Shown: positions 9,025 through 18,801 of the stretch, in pieces | Numbering within the stretch: the stretch's first letter is position 1 | Layout: each line of letters starts with the position of its first letter | Source of the DNA: Candidatus Pacearchaeota archaeon | GTDB taxonomy: Archaea > Nanobdellota > Nanobdellia > Pacearchaeales > GW2011-AR1 | Reading direction: 5' to 3' | NCBI GenBank assembly: GCA_009694725.1 | Contig: SICV01000001.1 | Location: 65,219 to 129,218 of the forward strand | Length of the DNA stretch: 64,000 nucleotides | Made by a program: the position numbers and the translations under genes | Notes under the pieces: generated by a model | The model's database searches: none | The model's input: the letters and a program-made list of their open reading frames with translations, nothing else | Told to the model about the DNA's origin: nothing

Positions 9025-10253
9025 TTTGCTAATTGTTGTCCACTCCAAACATATATCCCCAAAGCGCATGAAGCAATAATTAACCTTGTAGTAAATGATT
9101 CTATAGAGTGCGCAGTACTTAACAACACCACTTCACTCACCAATCCAATTCCAATGGCGCATATTACAAATTTTATCTTTTTTTGATTAAAAGATATGTC
9201 TTCTTTGATATTTGCAAGAAGATGGAGAAAGTATAGATTGAGAAATGTAAGAATACTCATGGCTATCCCTGTTTTAAAGAGTAGTTTTGCGGCCAAAGGT
9301 AAATCTTTACCGGAGAATAATATAATTAATTGCTCTGAAAAGAAAAAGTAGATACTGAGTAATGTGATAACAAGAAAACTTGAGAAAAGCCCTGCTTTAA
9401 TGAGTAATTTTTTTCTTTTTACTTGACTAGACATTACTGCCAATGGAAGATACGCTCTTCCAATAGGCATTGCACCCCAGAGTATTATCTTCCCCAATAA
9501 AGCTGCGAGAGCATAATTTCCAGCTATTTCTTCTGAGAATATAAGTCTGGCAATGAGTAAATCAATGGAATAAAACCCCACGACTCCCAACATAAGCACA
9601 AGAGTAATGACTCCCTTTTTGAAAGGCGCTTGTAAATGGGCCTCTTTTCTGGAAATATTTTTTAAACGTAGTTGTTTGGATGAAAGGGGAATAATTACGA
9701 GTGCTCCAATAATAACTCCCCAAATTGCACCATATAATGCCCATCCAAACCATACGAGAGATATGGCAACGCTTACTTTAACGAACGATTCTACGATAAG
9801 GCCCAAGCCCAATTCTTTAAATTTTTGAGTGCCCTGTAATCCTCCGCGCAATATTGCTGTAACAAAGGATAAAGGAATGAGGGTTCCAATGAGGAGAAGA
9901 TGTAATGAAGAAAGTTTTAGATAAGGGGCAATGAAAAATATGAGAATTGAATACAGTGTCCAGACCGCAAAGGTATATTTTAAAGCTCCTTGTGAAAACC
10001 GAATAATCGTGTCTTTTATTTTTCCCTTATCTTCTGTTTTTGAAATGAATGTTGTAACGGTTGTTTGTAATGTATCAGAAAAAAGAGAAACAAAATAAAC
10101 AACAGTAAATAAAGTTGCTAAAGCCCCATACTCTATTGGAGAAAGTAAGCGAGCCATGCTAAATTGATATATAAAATTACAAACATTGAAGAGATTATAG
10201 GCTATAAGCAAAGTAAGACTTCCCGAAAGTAACGTGAAAGATCCTTTTTTCAT
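9021..10253 (-). CDS. MOP-superfamily oligosaccharide flippase (Wzx/Rft1-like)
   Basis: 410 aa with about 12 predicted TM helices. Sits between the GlcNAc-1-P transferase and GT2 genes. Confidence 0.6.
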   Translation of the reverse strand: MKKGSFTLLSGSLTLLIAYNLFNVCNFIYQFSMARLLSPIEYGALATLFTVVYFVSLFSDTLQTTVTTFISKTEDKGKIKDTIIRFSQGALKYTFAVWTLYSILIFFIAPYLKLSSLHLLLIGTLIPLSFVTAILRGGLQGTQKFKELGLGLIVESFVKVSVAISLVWFGWALYGAIWGVIIGALVIIPLSSKQLRLKNISRKEAHLQAPFKKGVITLVLMLGVVGFYSIDLLIARLIFSEEIAGNYALAALLGKIILWGAMPIGRAYLPLAVMSSQVKRKKLLIKAGLFSSFLVITLLSIYFFFSEQLIILFSGKDLPLAAKLLFKTGIAMSILTFLNLYFLHLLANIKEDISFNQKKIKFVICAIGIGLVSEVVLLSTAHSIESFTTRLIIASCALGIYVWSGQQLAK

Positions 10254-10259
10254 CTCGGA

Positions 10260-11264
10260 TTATAATGCTCCTCGCAGATAGATGAAAGTTTCAATGATAA
10301 TAAGAAGTTGAAACGCCCAAATAAGAAGAGTCACTCGTTGTTCAGTTGCTTGTAAGCCCATTTTTTGTAAAAAGGTTATGCCGAGGTGTGTTAAGCCATA
10401 GATCTTATCATATCTTTGCTTTAGTGAACCGTCTTTTTGAGGTAATCCGAAAGAGGATTTTTTAAAGCTCCCTCGGCTTTTGAGTATAACTTCAAGAATA
10501 ATGGGAATAAAAAATAAAAGTGCAATTTTTTCAAAGTTACCAAGGATACACATTCCTGCAATGAGTCCACCAACCGGATAGGTCAGTACATCTCCTGGAA
10601 AGACTTTTGCGGGGAATCGATTGTAATATAGAAATACAAGTAATGAAGCAACCATACAGAGACCGATAATAGCAAGCCAGGAGCTTCCGGTGAGATAGGC
10701 AACTACGCTTACTGCACCAATGAGCAGTACGCCTTGTCCTGCTTCGAGTCCATTAAACCCTGCAAGAAAATTAAACGTGGTCCCTGCACCAACAAAAGCA
10801 AGAGGTATTAAGAAAAGTGGATACATAATTCCTGCATCTAAGGTTCCTATAAACGGTACTGAAATAATACTTTTACCTGCATTGATAGCCATAAGAGGTA
10901 AAGCCGCCCCTAGTGCAAGGAGAAGACGTGAACGTATTGAGAGGCCTCCTCGTTGCCAGCCCAATAAATCGTCAATTAACCCAATACCGCCCATAATAAT
11001 ACACGAAACAAGTAATGCAAATACTTCGACGGTGTGAACGTTACTTTTTGTAATAAAGGTATGATATGCGATAAAGGTAAGAACCCCACCTATGAATCCA
11101 ACCAGTACTGCAATCCCTCCTGATCCAGGTATTTTTTGCTTTCCCTGTTTGTTCATATCATCCCAGATCAATCCAATTTGCTTTGCTTTACGCATCCAAA
11201 TGGGAAGCGTATAGAGGGTAATTATAAAACTGATCCCTATAAAAATAAAATTGATATAATCCAT
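10260..11264 (-). CDS. aglH: UDP-GlcNAc:dolichyl-phosphate GlcNAc-1-phosphotransferase (MraY/WecA/Alg7 family)
   Basis: Polytopic, 334 aa. GLIDDLLG, NFLAGFNGLEAGQG and FPGDVLTYPVG motifs of the polyprenyl-phosphate HexNAc-1-P transferase family. Confidence 0.8.
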   Translation of the reverse strand: MDYINFIFIGISFIITLYTLPIWMRKAKQIGLIWDDMNKQGKQKIPGSGGIAVLVGFIGGVLTFIAYHTFITKSNVHTVEVFALLVSCIIMGGIGLIDDLLGWQRGGLSIRSRLLLALGAALPLMAINAGKSIISVPFIGTLDAGIMYPLFLIPLAFVGAGTTFNFLAGFNGLEAGQGVLLIGAVSVVAYLTGSSWLAIIGLCMVASLLVFLYYNRFPAKVFPGDVLTYPVGGLIAGMCILGNFEKIALLFFIPIILEVILKSRGSFKKSSFGLPQKDGSLKQRYDKIYGLTHLGITFLQKMGLQATEQRVTLLIWAFQLLIIIETFIYLRGAL

Positions 11265-14005
11265 TACGCTTTATTCAACCTCTTATCTGGGAAAGCAGTT
11301 TCGAGATACGTTGCATTTGATTGTTGATTCTGAGAATACGTAACTTCCCATATTCTAATCGGGCCTGCAAAGGCGCCCCCTCGTACGCCCCCATATAATT
11401 CATCATGCAAGAAGGGACCTGCAATAAGTCCTGCGTTTTGTGATTTAATCGATGCGATAACGGCATCTTCTTGTTCATGGACTAAGGTAAATCCTGTAAT
11501 CGTTTGATTGAAAAGGTATAACTGGGCGATGTTTGAATGGATCACTTTTGGTGAAAGATAGAGTGCTGCTCCGTCATTTTGTATCTGGGGTTGACCTTCA
11601 ATAGATGTTAATCGTGGATATACGAATACCCCTGCATTGATACCTTGCTTGAAATCAAATAATTGATTATTATGATAGGCGTATCGTAAGGGTATAGAAA
11701 ACTGTTTCCCTTTATGTATAAAGAGTGCAGTTGGTTGGGTGACTCCCGAGCTATTTTTATTGAACCCAATAATAATTCCTCCAATCCCTGCTGAGCCTTC
11801 AGGAAAAAATGTCTCTGTTCCATTGATTGCATAGGTAATATCTTGGTCGAGAGAAAAGCCCCCTTGATAGAGAAAGAGAGAAGCATTTTTTGTCTCGCCT
11901 GCGGCCTGTTGTTTTATCAGTGAAGGAATATAACTTCGACGATCATAGGTTGTTCCTGATCCAATGGAAGAGAAAGCCCCGTATTTTCCAATGTCTGTTG
12001 AATCAATGAGTAGATGTGTTACCTCATGCGTTTTGAAATATTGGAAGAGTTGCTCTGAACTATTTCCGGTTAATGCTAATCTCCCCATCAAATGATTCCA
12101 ATACCCATAGAGGTTTCCGCCATCGAGAACTGTTGCGCGTTTCCCAATTGATTGTACCCAATAGCCATAATCCCACCAATGTGCAAATACGGCATCTTCG
12201 GCGGTATTTTCGCGTACCCAGGCCATTGCTTGTTGCCATTGTTGGGTATATGCGCTTGGACCAAACCCTTTTGCAGTGCAATAGGACTCTTTAAAGAAAC
12301 TTGATGCAGATCCCGTACAAAAATTGTCACTGAAGAACGTACTTGAACCTGCAAGGAAACTTGTATGAAGCAAGAGGAGTGCAATCCCCACGGCACACCA
12401 GGCAAGATAGTTTGGGGTATGTTTTGATTCTTTTGATTTAACATAACATGTGACTGCAGCATAGGATGCAAGAATTGCGGCTGCTGGAACCAAGACCATA
12501 ATAGTACGTACGCTTCCGCGCGCTGAAACAACGCTAAAGAAGAATAATGAAAGGAGTACGATGTATCCAAAATCAAAGTTTCCTCGTTCCCCCTTCACAT
12601 AATAATATCCAAATACGGCTAGTAATGCAATAAGCCCTGATGCATAAAAGAGAAGACTTATCCAGTTCGTGCCATTAAATACGCTTGAGGGGTCATATCT
12701 ACTAAAAATGATCGCAATCAAGAAATAGGCAAATACCCCTGTCTTGACAATTCTTGTTTTCTGAGCATACGCATTGAATAAAGAGTAGAGTAAGATGAGT
12801 GAACCCACTATAAATGTAAAGAAAAAGGTCTTACTGAAACTTCTAATCCATTCAGTAAAGAAGGGTTGACGATTTTCTGCAACCGTGACTCCGAAACGAT
12901 CAACAATTGGGGAAACAAGGGCATTTTTAACGCTCAGGATTTGTTGTACTATATGATCAAACCCGAGTACGCCAATTCCCACCACTAACCCGAGTACTCC
13001 TGCAATACAGATATACAGGACTTGGGAAGGAACTTTGTCTTCATAGGGCACTTTTATTTTTAGTCTATCCTTCAGAACATATTCTACTCCGATCATGGCA
13101 AGTACACCGTATGCTAACCCGGTTACCGGAGATATCACGAGGCCGATAAGTGAATAACGATTGGTTGTTAGTAAAATAAGTGCTGTTGCTATCAAGAGCC
13201 AGAGTGCATAGACTACTTTGTTCGTATGATTTATGTGATTATATAAGAACATAATTGCGCACGCAATAGCAAGCGTCACGAAGATATAGACAAACCCTCC
13301 CCAGGCATTTGCCATTGCAACTGTGCCCAGAATTGCGAGTGCGAGCATGCCTCCTCTTTTTTTCCAGTGCAATGCATTCCACGCACCTATAAATCCCCAG
13401 AATGCGATAAACATGAACAAAAATCCGATCGACTCTTTTTCAGGAATTCCCGCAATGGTTCTTGGAAGTAATGCTGAGATAATGGTGAGGAGGACTGATG
13501 CAGAGAGGGCAAGAAGTGAGGCATATTTAGTTCCCAATTTGAGGGTGAACATTTCTTGCGTCATAAAAAAGAAAGCTGCGACTGTGAGTGAAAACATCAC
13601 TGCAGGAAAGAGAACTGCGGAATGCGTTACGGAATCGGTTAGCCCTAGAAACGCCAGTATATTGTGAAACCAGGCAATCATATAGGGGAGGAGTAAGAGC
13701 TCACCAGAGGTATCAAATCCAAGAGGTACATATCGCATTGCATCATGGGCCATGATTGTTCCGTTCTGTACAATATACTCTGCCCAGCGAAGGAAGAGAT
13801 ACGGGTCAAGGTCGGGACCTAATGCCCAGCCCCCTGTTGACACATCACGCAAGAGGGGAAGGTTTCTTGTACGAATCCAAAAGGCAAAATACATGAGAAG
13901 TGCGAGGGCACCGTAGGCCCAGAGCGTGCTCTTGCTTTTCACTGAAGAAAGCAGTGCGCGTAGTCGCTCTTGTGCTACTCGTGATTCGTCATCCTGACTG
14001 GACAT
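11264..14005 (-). CDS. aglB: archaeal oligosaccharyltransferase AglB (STT3 homologue)
   Basis: 913 aa. N-terminal 13-TM-like region with a GPDLDPY acidic loop. Canonical WWDYG motif (HWWDYGYW). Large C-terminal soluble domain. Confidence 0.9.
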   Translation of the reverse strand: MSSQDDESRVAQERLRALLSSVKSKSTLWAYGALALLMYFAFWIRTRNLPLLRDVSTGGWALGPDLDPYLFLRWAEYIVQNGTIMAHDAMRYVPLGFDTSGELLLLPYMIAWFHNILAFLGLTDSVTHSAVLFPAVMFSLTVAAFFFMTQEMFTLKLGTKYASLLALSASVLLTIISALLPRTIAGIPEKESIGFLFMFIAFWGFIGAWNALHWKKRGGMLALAILGTVAMANAWGGFVYIFVTLAIACAIMFLYNHINHTNKVVYALWLLIATALILLTTNRYSLIGLVISPVTGLAYGVLAMIGVEYVLKDRLKIKVPYEDKVPSQVLYICIAGVLGLVVGIGVLGFDHIVQQILSVKNALVSPIVDRFGVTVAENRQPFFTEWIRSFSKTFFFTFIVGSLILLYSLFNAYAQKTRIVKTGVFAYFLIAIIFSRYDPSSVFNGTNWISLLFYASGLIALLAVFGYYYVKGERGNFDFGYIVLLSLFFFSVVSARGSVRTIMVLVPAAAILASYAAVTCYVKSKESKHTPNYLAWCAVGIALLLLHTSFLAGSSTFFSDNFCTGSASSFFKESYCTAKGFGPSAYTQQWQQAMAWVRENTAEDAVFAHWWDYGYWVQSIGKRATVLDGGNLYGYWNHLMGRLALTGNSSEQLFQYFKTHEVTHLLIDSTDIGKYGAFSSIGSGTTYDRRSYIPSLIKQQAAGETKNASLFLYQGGFSLDQDITYAINGTETFFPEGSAGIGGIIIGFNKNSSGVTQPTALFIHKGKQFSIPLRYAYHNNQLFDFKQGINAGVFVYPRLTSIEGQPQIQNDGAALYLSPKVIHSNIAQLYLFNQTITGFTLVHEQEDAVIASIKSQNAGLIAGPFLHDELYGGVRGGAFAGPIRIWEVTYSQNQQSNATYLETAFPDKRLNKA

Positions 14006-14058
14006 GGGAAAGATAGGCGAAAAGAGCTATTTAAACATTCAGGAATAGTTCCCTTCAC

Positions 14059-14916
14059 TTAGAATAAAAGGGGCGTGAGATAGACTTCCATCAATGCTGC
14101 AATAAAGAGAACGATCACTGCGGCAATAATGAGATTAAATGAGTCATGCAACACTTCCCAGAAACGTTCTTGTCCCGCTTCATGTTTAATGATTGCAATA
14201 GAAACCATCCCTCCTGCAAGCGCAACAATAAAGTAGGCCCCGATTTCTGGAATGCCGTGAATCATATATCTCATTAATCCGAACGGTAAATCAACAAGGG
14301 TAAATTTTGTGAAAATCCCTATGGCTGCTGCAATAACTGATGCATTCCAGGCAAGGATGAAGATTACTCCTGCCCCAAAGATGAGGGAGAAGACGAGTGT
14401 AAAAATGAGTACTGAAATATTATTCTTGAAAATTTGCATAAGTCTAGCGGAAGAAGTCACTCCTCCCGTCGCCACTACCGAATCCTGGATACCATACTGC
14501 TCAACACAATTTTCAATGTTGCTTGGACGATTAATCAGGCAATAGGTTTCAATTTGTGCTTTAAAATTTTGAGGAGAATCTAAGACGATATACCAAAATG
14601 CAAAAGCAACGACGAATCCTAAAAATAAATAGAGAAATGCTTTGATTGCCTTTTCGTGTTCACGTAACAAATTGACTGTCCCGCGTATATAGGGGATTTT
14701 ACTTTCTTCGTATTTAATGGTGTAATACATGAACGGCATGGAGAACATCACGGTGAACGTGACTATAAGCAACCCGGCGTATCGGGAAAGAACTAAATCG
14801 CGTGAGAATACTGCTTCGGTGAGCAACACCGCAAGACTTGCATAGAACGCTCCGACAAAAAAGAGTTCCCAAGGGTATCTCTCCGCTTTTTTTGGATTCA
14901 CCAACATTTCAAACAT
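14059..14916 (-). CDS. SpoIIM-like (DUF95) integral membrane protein
   Basis: 285 aa. FKNNISVLIFTLVFSLIFGAG...AWNASV pattern as in stage II sporulation protein M family members common in archaea. Confidence 0.5.
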   Translation of the reverse strand: MFEMLVNPKKAERYPWELFFVGAFYASLAVLLTEAVFSRDLVLSRYAGLLIVTFTVMFSMPFMYYTIKYEESKIPYIRGTVNLLREHEKAIKAFLYLFLGFVVAFAFWYIVLDSPQNFKAQIETYCLINRPSNIENCVEQYGIQDSVVATGGVTSSARLMQIFKNNISVLIFTLVFSLIFGAGVIFILAWNASVIAAAIGIFTKFTLVDLPFGLMRYMIHGIPEIGAYFIVALAGGMVSIAIIKHEAGQERFWEVLHDSFNLIIAAVIVLFIAALMEVYLTPLLF

Positions 14917-14940
14917 ACTCGTTTGGAGGAAGAGTCGCTT

Positions 14941-15303
14941 TTATAGGTTATGCTCAAGTAGTTTTTGTGCTTGTTGTTCTACATCTGCTTGGTAATGAAG
15001 CAATTGAGTTTTTGCTATTCGTAACTGACTTGTTTGCTCGTTCAACGTTTTAGTAACTTCTCCGATTGTTTTCTTAAGCACTATCCCTGCGCCTACTTCC
15101 ACAAAGCACGAGAGGGCAGGGGCAAGCTGGGCCTCGAGAAATACTCCCTTTCCAAGAGGTGCCAAAATTGTAGAACCGGGAATAGCCTCAGGCAATGCGT
15201 GCGTAAAACTTTCTAATTCAATAAGTTGTTGGGTTATTGCTTGTAATTGTGCCTGATTTTGTTCTAACTGATGCACAAGAGTACGTAGGCGATTATTATC
15301 CAT
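14941..15303 (-). CDS. pfdA: prefoldin alpha-class subunit
   Basis: Coiled-coil, central double beta-hairpin (ILAPLGKGVFLEA...VEVGAGIVLKK), then coiled-coil. Confidence 0.6.
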   Translation of the reverse strand: MDNNRLRTLVHQLEQNQAQLQAITQQLIELESFTHALPEAIPGSTILAPLGKGVFLEAQLAPALSCFVEVGAGIVLKKTIGEVTKTLNEQTSQLRIAKTQLLHYQADVEQQAQKLLEHNL

Positions 15304-15327
15304 AGTGAGAAAGGTTTTTGAGGGTTT

Positions 15328-15876
15328 TTAACGCTGTTGGATTTCCCATACTTCTAATTGTTCCATAAAGAGTTTTTGCTGTGCGATGACTCGCTTCCTG
15401 AACTTTTGTTTCTTAAGCAAGAGGCTGATTTTTGTACGTGGAGTAAGTGAGGAGAGGAGGAGAAGCATTAGGCCCCCTTTAGTAAGGTGCTTGGGTGCTT
15501 GGGCAAGAAATTTCAGAATCCATTCATCGCCTCTTGTTCCTCCCGTTGTTGCACGAGCACTGGCTTTGTCTTCTTGTGCATCTGCAGGAAGATAAGGCGG
15601 GTTACACATAATTAAATCAAATTTCTGATGTACTTTAGTAAAGAGATTGGAATACTGTGTAGAGATTCCTTTCTTTTGTACTTCGGCTAAAGCTTTTCGG
15701 TTTATGTCGACTGCAAGAACTGAAGAAGCTCCTGCTTCCTTTGCCGTGAGGGCTTGAATGCCCGACCCTGTTCCCATATCCATCACTTTTTTGCCGGAGG
15801 CATATTTTTTGACCTGTGCAGCAAGTAACCATGAATCTTCAGCCGGTTGATAGATAGAGGCATGAGAAACCATCAC
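15328..15876 (-). CDS. HemK-related N5-glutamine/putative protein methyltransferase (archaeal Mtq2-like)
   Basis: DMGTGSGI SAM motif and the NPPY catalytic motif (IMCNPPYLP). Confidence 0.7.
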   Translation of the reverse strand: MMVSHASIYQPAEDSWLLAAQVKKYASGKKVMDMGTGSGIQALTAKEAGASSVLAVDINRKALAEVQKKGISTQYSNLFTKVHQKFDLIMCNPPYLPADAQEDKASARATTGGTRGDEWILKFLAQAPKHLTKGGLMLLLLSSLTPRTKISLLLKKQKFRKRVIAQQKLFMEQLEVWEIQQR

Positions 15877-16259
15877 ACAGTTGGCTTAAGCCATTCAAGA
15901 AGTTTGTCACTAAATGCAATAACGCCGATTAATGCAGCAATAAGAATAACAATAACTATTGCTAACCCAATTAAGACATATCTCCAGGTTTTACTTTTCT
16001 GTTCTGGAAGAGTAGAGGGGGAAACTATTCCTGAAGCAACAGAGTTTTGTTGAATGGGGGAAAAAGATTTCGAAAGAATAGGCTGGGGGGTAGCGAGAGG
16101 GATAGTCGTAATTTGAGCAGAGACGCCACCCAATGCTTGTACTGCTTCTTGCACTTCTTTAGGATTGTATCCTGCGTTAATGAAACTCTGTGCTGCCTTG
16201 TCAAGTGAAATACCTCTTTCAAGGGCATTTTTTATGCCTCCGATTATTTCTTCATTCAT
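15873..16259 (-). CDS. small tail-anchored membrane protein with N-terminal helical domain
   Basis: 128 aa. C-terminal TM (YVLIGLAIVIVILIAALIGVIAF). 4-nt overlaps with both neighbours. Confidence 0.4.
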   Translation of the reverse strand: MNEEIIGGIKNALERGISLDKAAQSFINAGYNPKEVQEAVQALGGVSAQITTIPLATPQPILSKSFSPIQQNSVASGIVSPSTLPEQKSKTWRYVLIGLAIVIVILIAALIGVIAFSDKLLEWLKPTV

Positions 16260-17587
16260 ATTGTTAGTACGCTCCCATTATCCATTAAGTGTACGGTCTT
16301 ATTTACTTTATAGCCCAATTCTTCCGCGAGGTTAGCCCCTGCTTGGCGTTTCTGAAGTTCACCATGAGATGGAATGACGTGTTCAGGTTTAACGAGCGTG
16401 ATTAAATCGCGTAAATCTTCTCTCCCGCCATGTCCTGAGACATGGACATTATCAAAAATACGTACTTGATGTTTACGTAGCCGTTTTTCTAGTTGGTCGC
16501 GATTCATTTCGTTGACATCGGTTGGAATTGTTTTTGAAGAGAAGATAATATGTACATCACTTGAGAGATCAAAGGGTAATTCTTGTCGGGCAATACGATC
16601 AAGAATAGACCCTGGCTCTCCTTGATGGCCTGTGCAGACAATAACATATTCAGATTTTGCCTTGTTTATTTTTTTAAGCATTTTGATCATTTGTTTTTTG
16701 TAGGTAACTAGTTGGATACTTCCTTTGAATGGAGCCTTGCCAATATTTGAGGCAGCTTGAACATATTTACTAAGACTTCTTCCGAAAAAAACGACTTTGC
16801 GATTTAACCGTTGACTTAATTCAACAATCGATTTCAAACGAGCGATGTGCGAGGAGAAGGTGGTGATAATAATGCCTGCTTTGCTATTATCAGTAGTACA
16901 TAAAACGTCTTCTAATAATCCGCGGGCAATTTTCTCTGAAGGGGTTTTTCGATCATCAGGGGCATATAAACAATCAACGATCAATGCTTTCACTCCCTTT
17001 TGTGCAAGTTGTTTTAAACGTGCATAATTTGGCTTCTCACCAAAAACGGGCGCGTTATCTAATTTGTAATCATTGGCATAGAGAATAATGCCCTCAGGCG
17101 TATGAAGTGCAATAATCGAAGATTGGATTGTTGAGTGAGTCATGTTAATAAATTCTAACTGATACGTGTTATTTGTTTTGACTGTATATGAACCATCAAC
17201 CGGAACGGTAATAATCTTATTAGGGATTGTTTGTTCTGAGTCCTGCATTAATACTTTTAATACGGACATGGTATACGGGGAGCCAATAACTGGAGCTTTA
17301 TAGCGAGGTGCTACATACGGTACACCCCCAACATGATCTAAATGGGCATGTGAAACCATCAGTGCTCGTACCTTATCTCGCAGGTTAATCGTTTCCAAAT
17401 ACACATCATCCGGCAATGCCCCTAAATTTCTCATACCTCGTTCAGTTGGCACGCGCTCTTTTTCTGAAATGCCTACAATCGCAGGTAAATGTAATCCTGC
17501 ATCAAACAAAAAAACATCATTGCCCACTTCAACGGCAGTCATATTCTTCCCCACCTCATCATAGCCCCCTATTGCGTGAATTCGCAT
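16256..17587 (-). CDS. rnj: archaeal RNase J (metallo-beta-lactamase/beta-CASP ribonuclease)
   Basis: MRIHAIGGYDEVGKN N-terminus, HAHLDHVGG (HxHxDH) motif, about 440 aa as in archaeal RNase J. Confidence 0.85.
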   Translation of the reverse strand: MRIHAIGGYDEVGKNMTAVEVGNDVFLFDAGLHLPAIVGISEKERVPTERGMRNLGALPDDVYLETINLRDKVRALMVSHAHLDHVGGVPYVAPRYKAPVIGSPYTMSVLKVLMQDSEQTIPNKIITVPVDGSYTVKTNNTYQLEFINMTHSTIQSSIIALHTPEGIILYANDYKLDNAPVFGEKPNYARLKQLAQKGVKALIVDCLYAPDDRKTPSEKIARGLLEDVLCTTDNSKAGIIITTFSSHIARLKSIVELSQRLNRKVVFFGRSLSKYVQAASNIGKAPFKGSIQLVTYKKQMIKMLKKINKAKSEYVIVCTGHQGEPGSILDRIARQELPFDLSSDVHIIFSSKTIPTDVNEMNRDQLEKRLRKHQVRIFDNVHVSGHGGREDLRDLITLVKPEHVIPSHGELQKRQAGANLAEELGYKVNKTVHLMDNGSVLTI

Positions 17588-17671
17588 ATCTGAAGCACTG
17601 AAAGTTTGTTTATATACCTTGCTCGCTCTCCCCGTCGTAAGCTATAAATAGCGGAATGAATAGAATCACGC

Positions 17672-18523
17672 ATGGATAGACACCACGGCATCTTATATGG
17701 GGCAGTGGTTATTCTTCTGGTATTGCACATTGCTTCCTTTCTGTCCATTAGTGCACAAATTACTCAAACTAATGCTGCCCTTACTCGTGAGACTTCTTCT
17801 CTGAATGAAAGTTTTATTTCGCTCCTGAGAGATTCTTTGCAAGAAGAACGAACTACCACTCAGCAAACATTTAGTGCTTTGCGTGATGTCATTGGAGAAC
17901 AGCAAGCATTCCAAGATACGTTACAAGAAGATCTAGAATTATTAAAATCGTCAACGGGGGATTTTTCTGAAGTTATTAGCGAAGTGATAAAAGGGGTGGT
18001 AAGTATCGGCACAGATACTTCTATGGGTACAGGATTTGTCTTAACGGATAGTGGTTATATTGTTACTAATCAGCACGTTATTGCCGGTGCAAAACGTATT
18101 GAAGTGCTTACCCATGATCGAAAAGTTATTGTTGCAACACTTATCGGTGCAGACGTCACCCGCGATGTTGCTCTCTTGAAAGTTAACGCCGTATTTGAAT
18201 CCTTAGAACTTGCAGATGATTTGCCAGTTGTGGGCAATAAAGTAATTGCTATCGGTAACCCTTTAGGGTTAGCATTTACGGTGACTGAAGGAATTGTATC
18301 CGCTTTGAATCGAAAGGGCCCAAATGGGCAGCAAGAATATATTCAAACGGATGTTTCCTTGAACCCTGGGAATTCAGGAGGCCCCTTAATTAATGTACAA
18401 GGAGAAGTGGTGGGGATGAATAATTTCAAAGTGGGGAATGCTGAGAGTTTAGGGTTTGCATTAGAGGGGGATGTGGTAAAGCGTGTTGTCAATACATTGG
18501 CAAATGCAACCATTCTTTCCTAA
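17672..18523 (+). CDS. membrane-anchored trypsin-like serine protease (HtrA/DegP S1C family, no PDZ seen)
   Basis: N-terminal TM. GTGFV...TNQHV (His), DVALLKV (Asp) and GNSGGPL (Ser) catalytic motifs. Confidence 0.8.
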   Translation: MDRHHGILYGAVVILLVLHIASFLSISAQITQTNAALTRETSSLNESFISLLRDSLQEERTTTQQTFSALRDVIGEQQAFQDTLQEDLELLKSSTGDFSEVISEVIKGVVSIGTDTSMGTGFVLTDSGYIVTNQHVIAGAKRIEVLTHDRKVIVATLIGADVTRDVALLKVNAVFESLELADDLPVVGNKVIAIGNPLGLAFTVTEGIVSALNRKGPNGQQEYIQTDVSLNPGNSGGPLINVQGEVVGMNNFKVGNAESLGFALEGDVVKRVVNTLANATILS

Positions 18524-18801
18524 TGGCCTTAGGAAAAAAGGCCTCGCATCGTTTGCATCATCAGTATCTTTTATTTGCTTCTTCAGATGTTCATCATGTT
18601 GAACAGGGATTACTGGAAGGGATAGGTTTGTTGGGATGGATGCGAGCCCAACCTGTCTTTGAAAAAATTAAACAACAGGTAGTAGTTGCCTGTCATCCTC
18701 GGATGATGAAAGACATTCGAGCGGCAGCACTCCTTTGTTCTCCTCCTTTAGCCATTCTTTCTGTTTCTGGGACTCTTGCAGGCTTAGGGAGAAACCAATG
18801 A
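18523..18801 (+). CDS. small His-rich hypothetical protein
   Basis: 92 aa. Its start overlaps the protease stop (TAATG) and its stop overlaps the next start (ATGA). No motif recognised. Confidence 0.35.
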   Translation: MALGKKASHRLHHQYLLFASSDVHHVEQGLLEGIGLLGWMRAQPVFEKIKQQVVVACHPRMMKDIRAAALLCSPPLAILSVSGTLAGLGRNQ

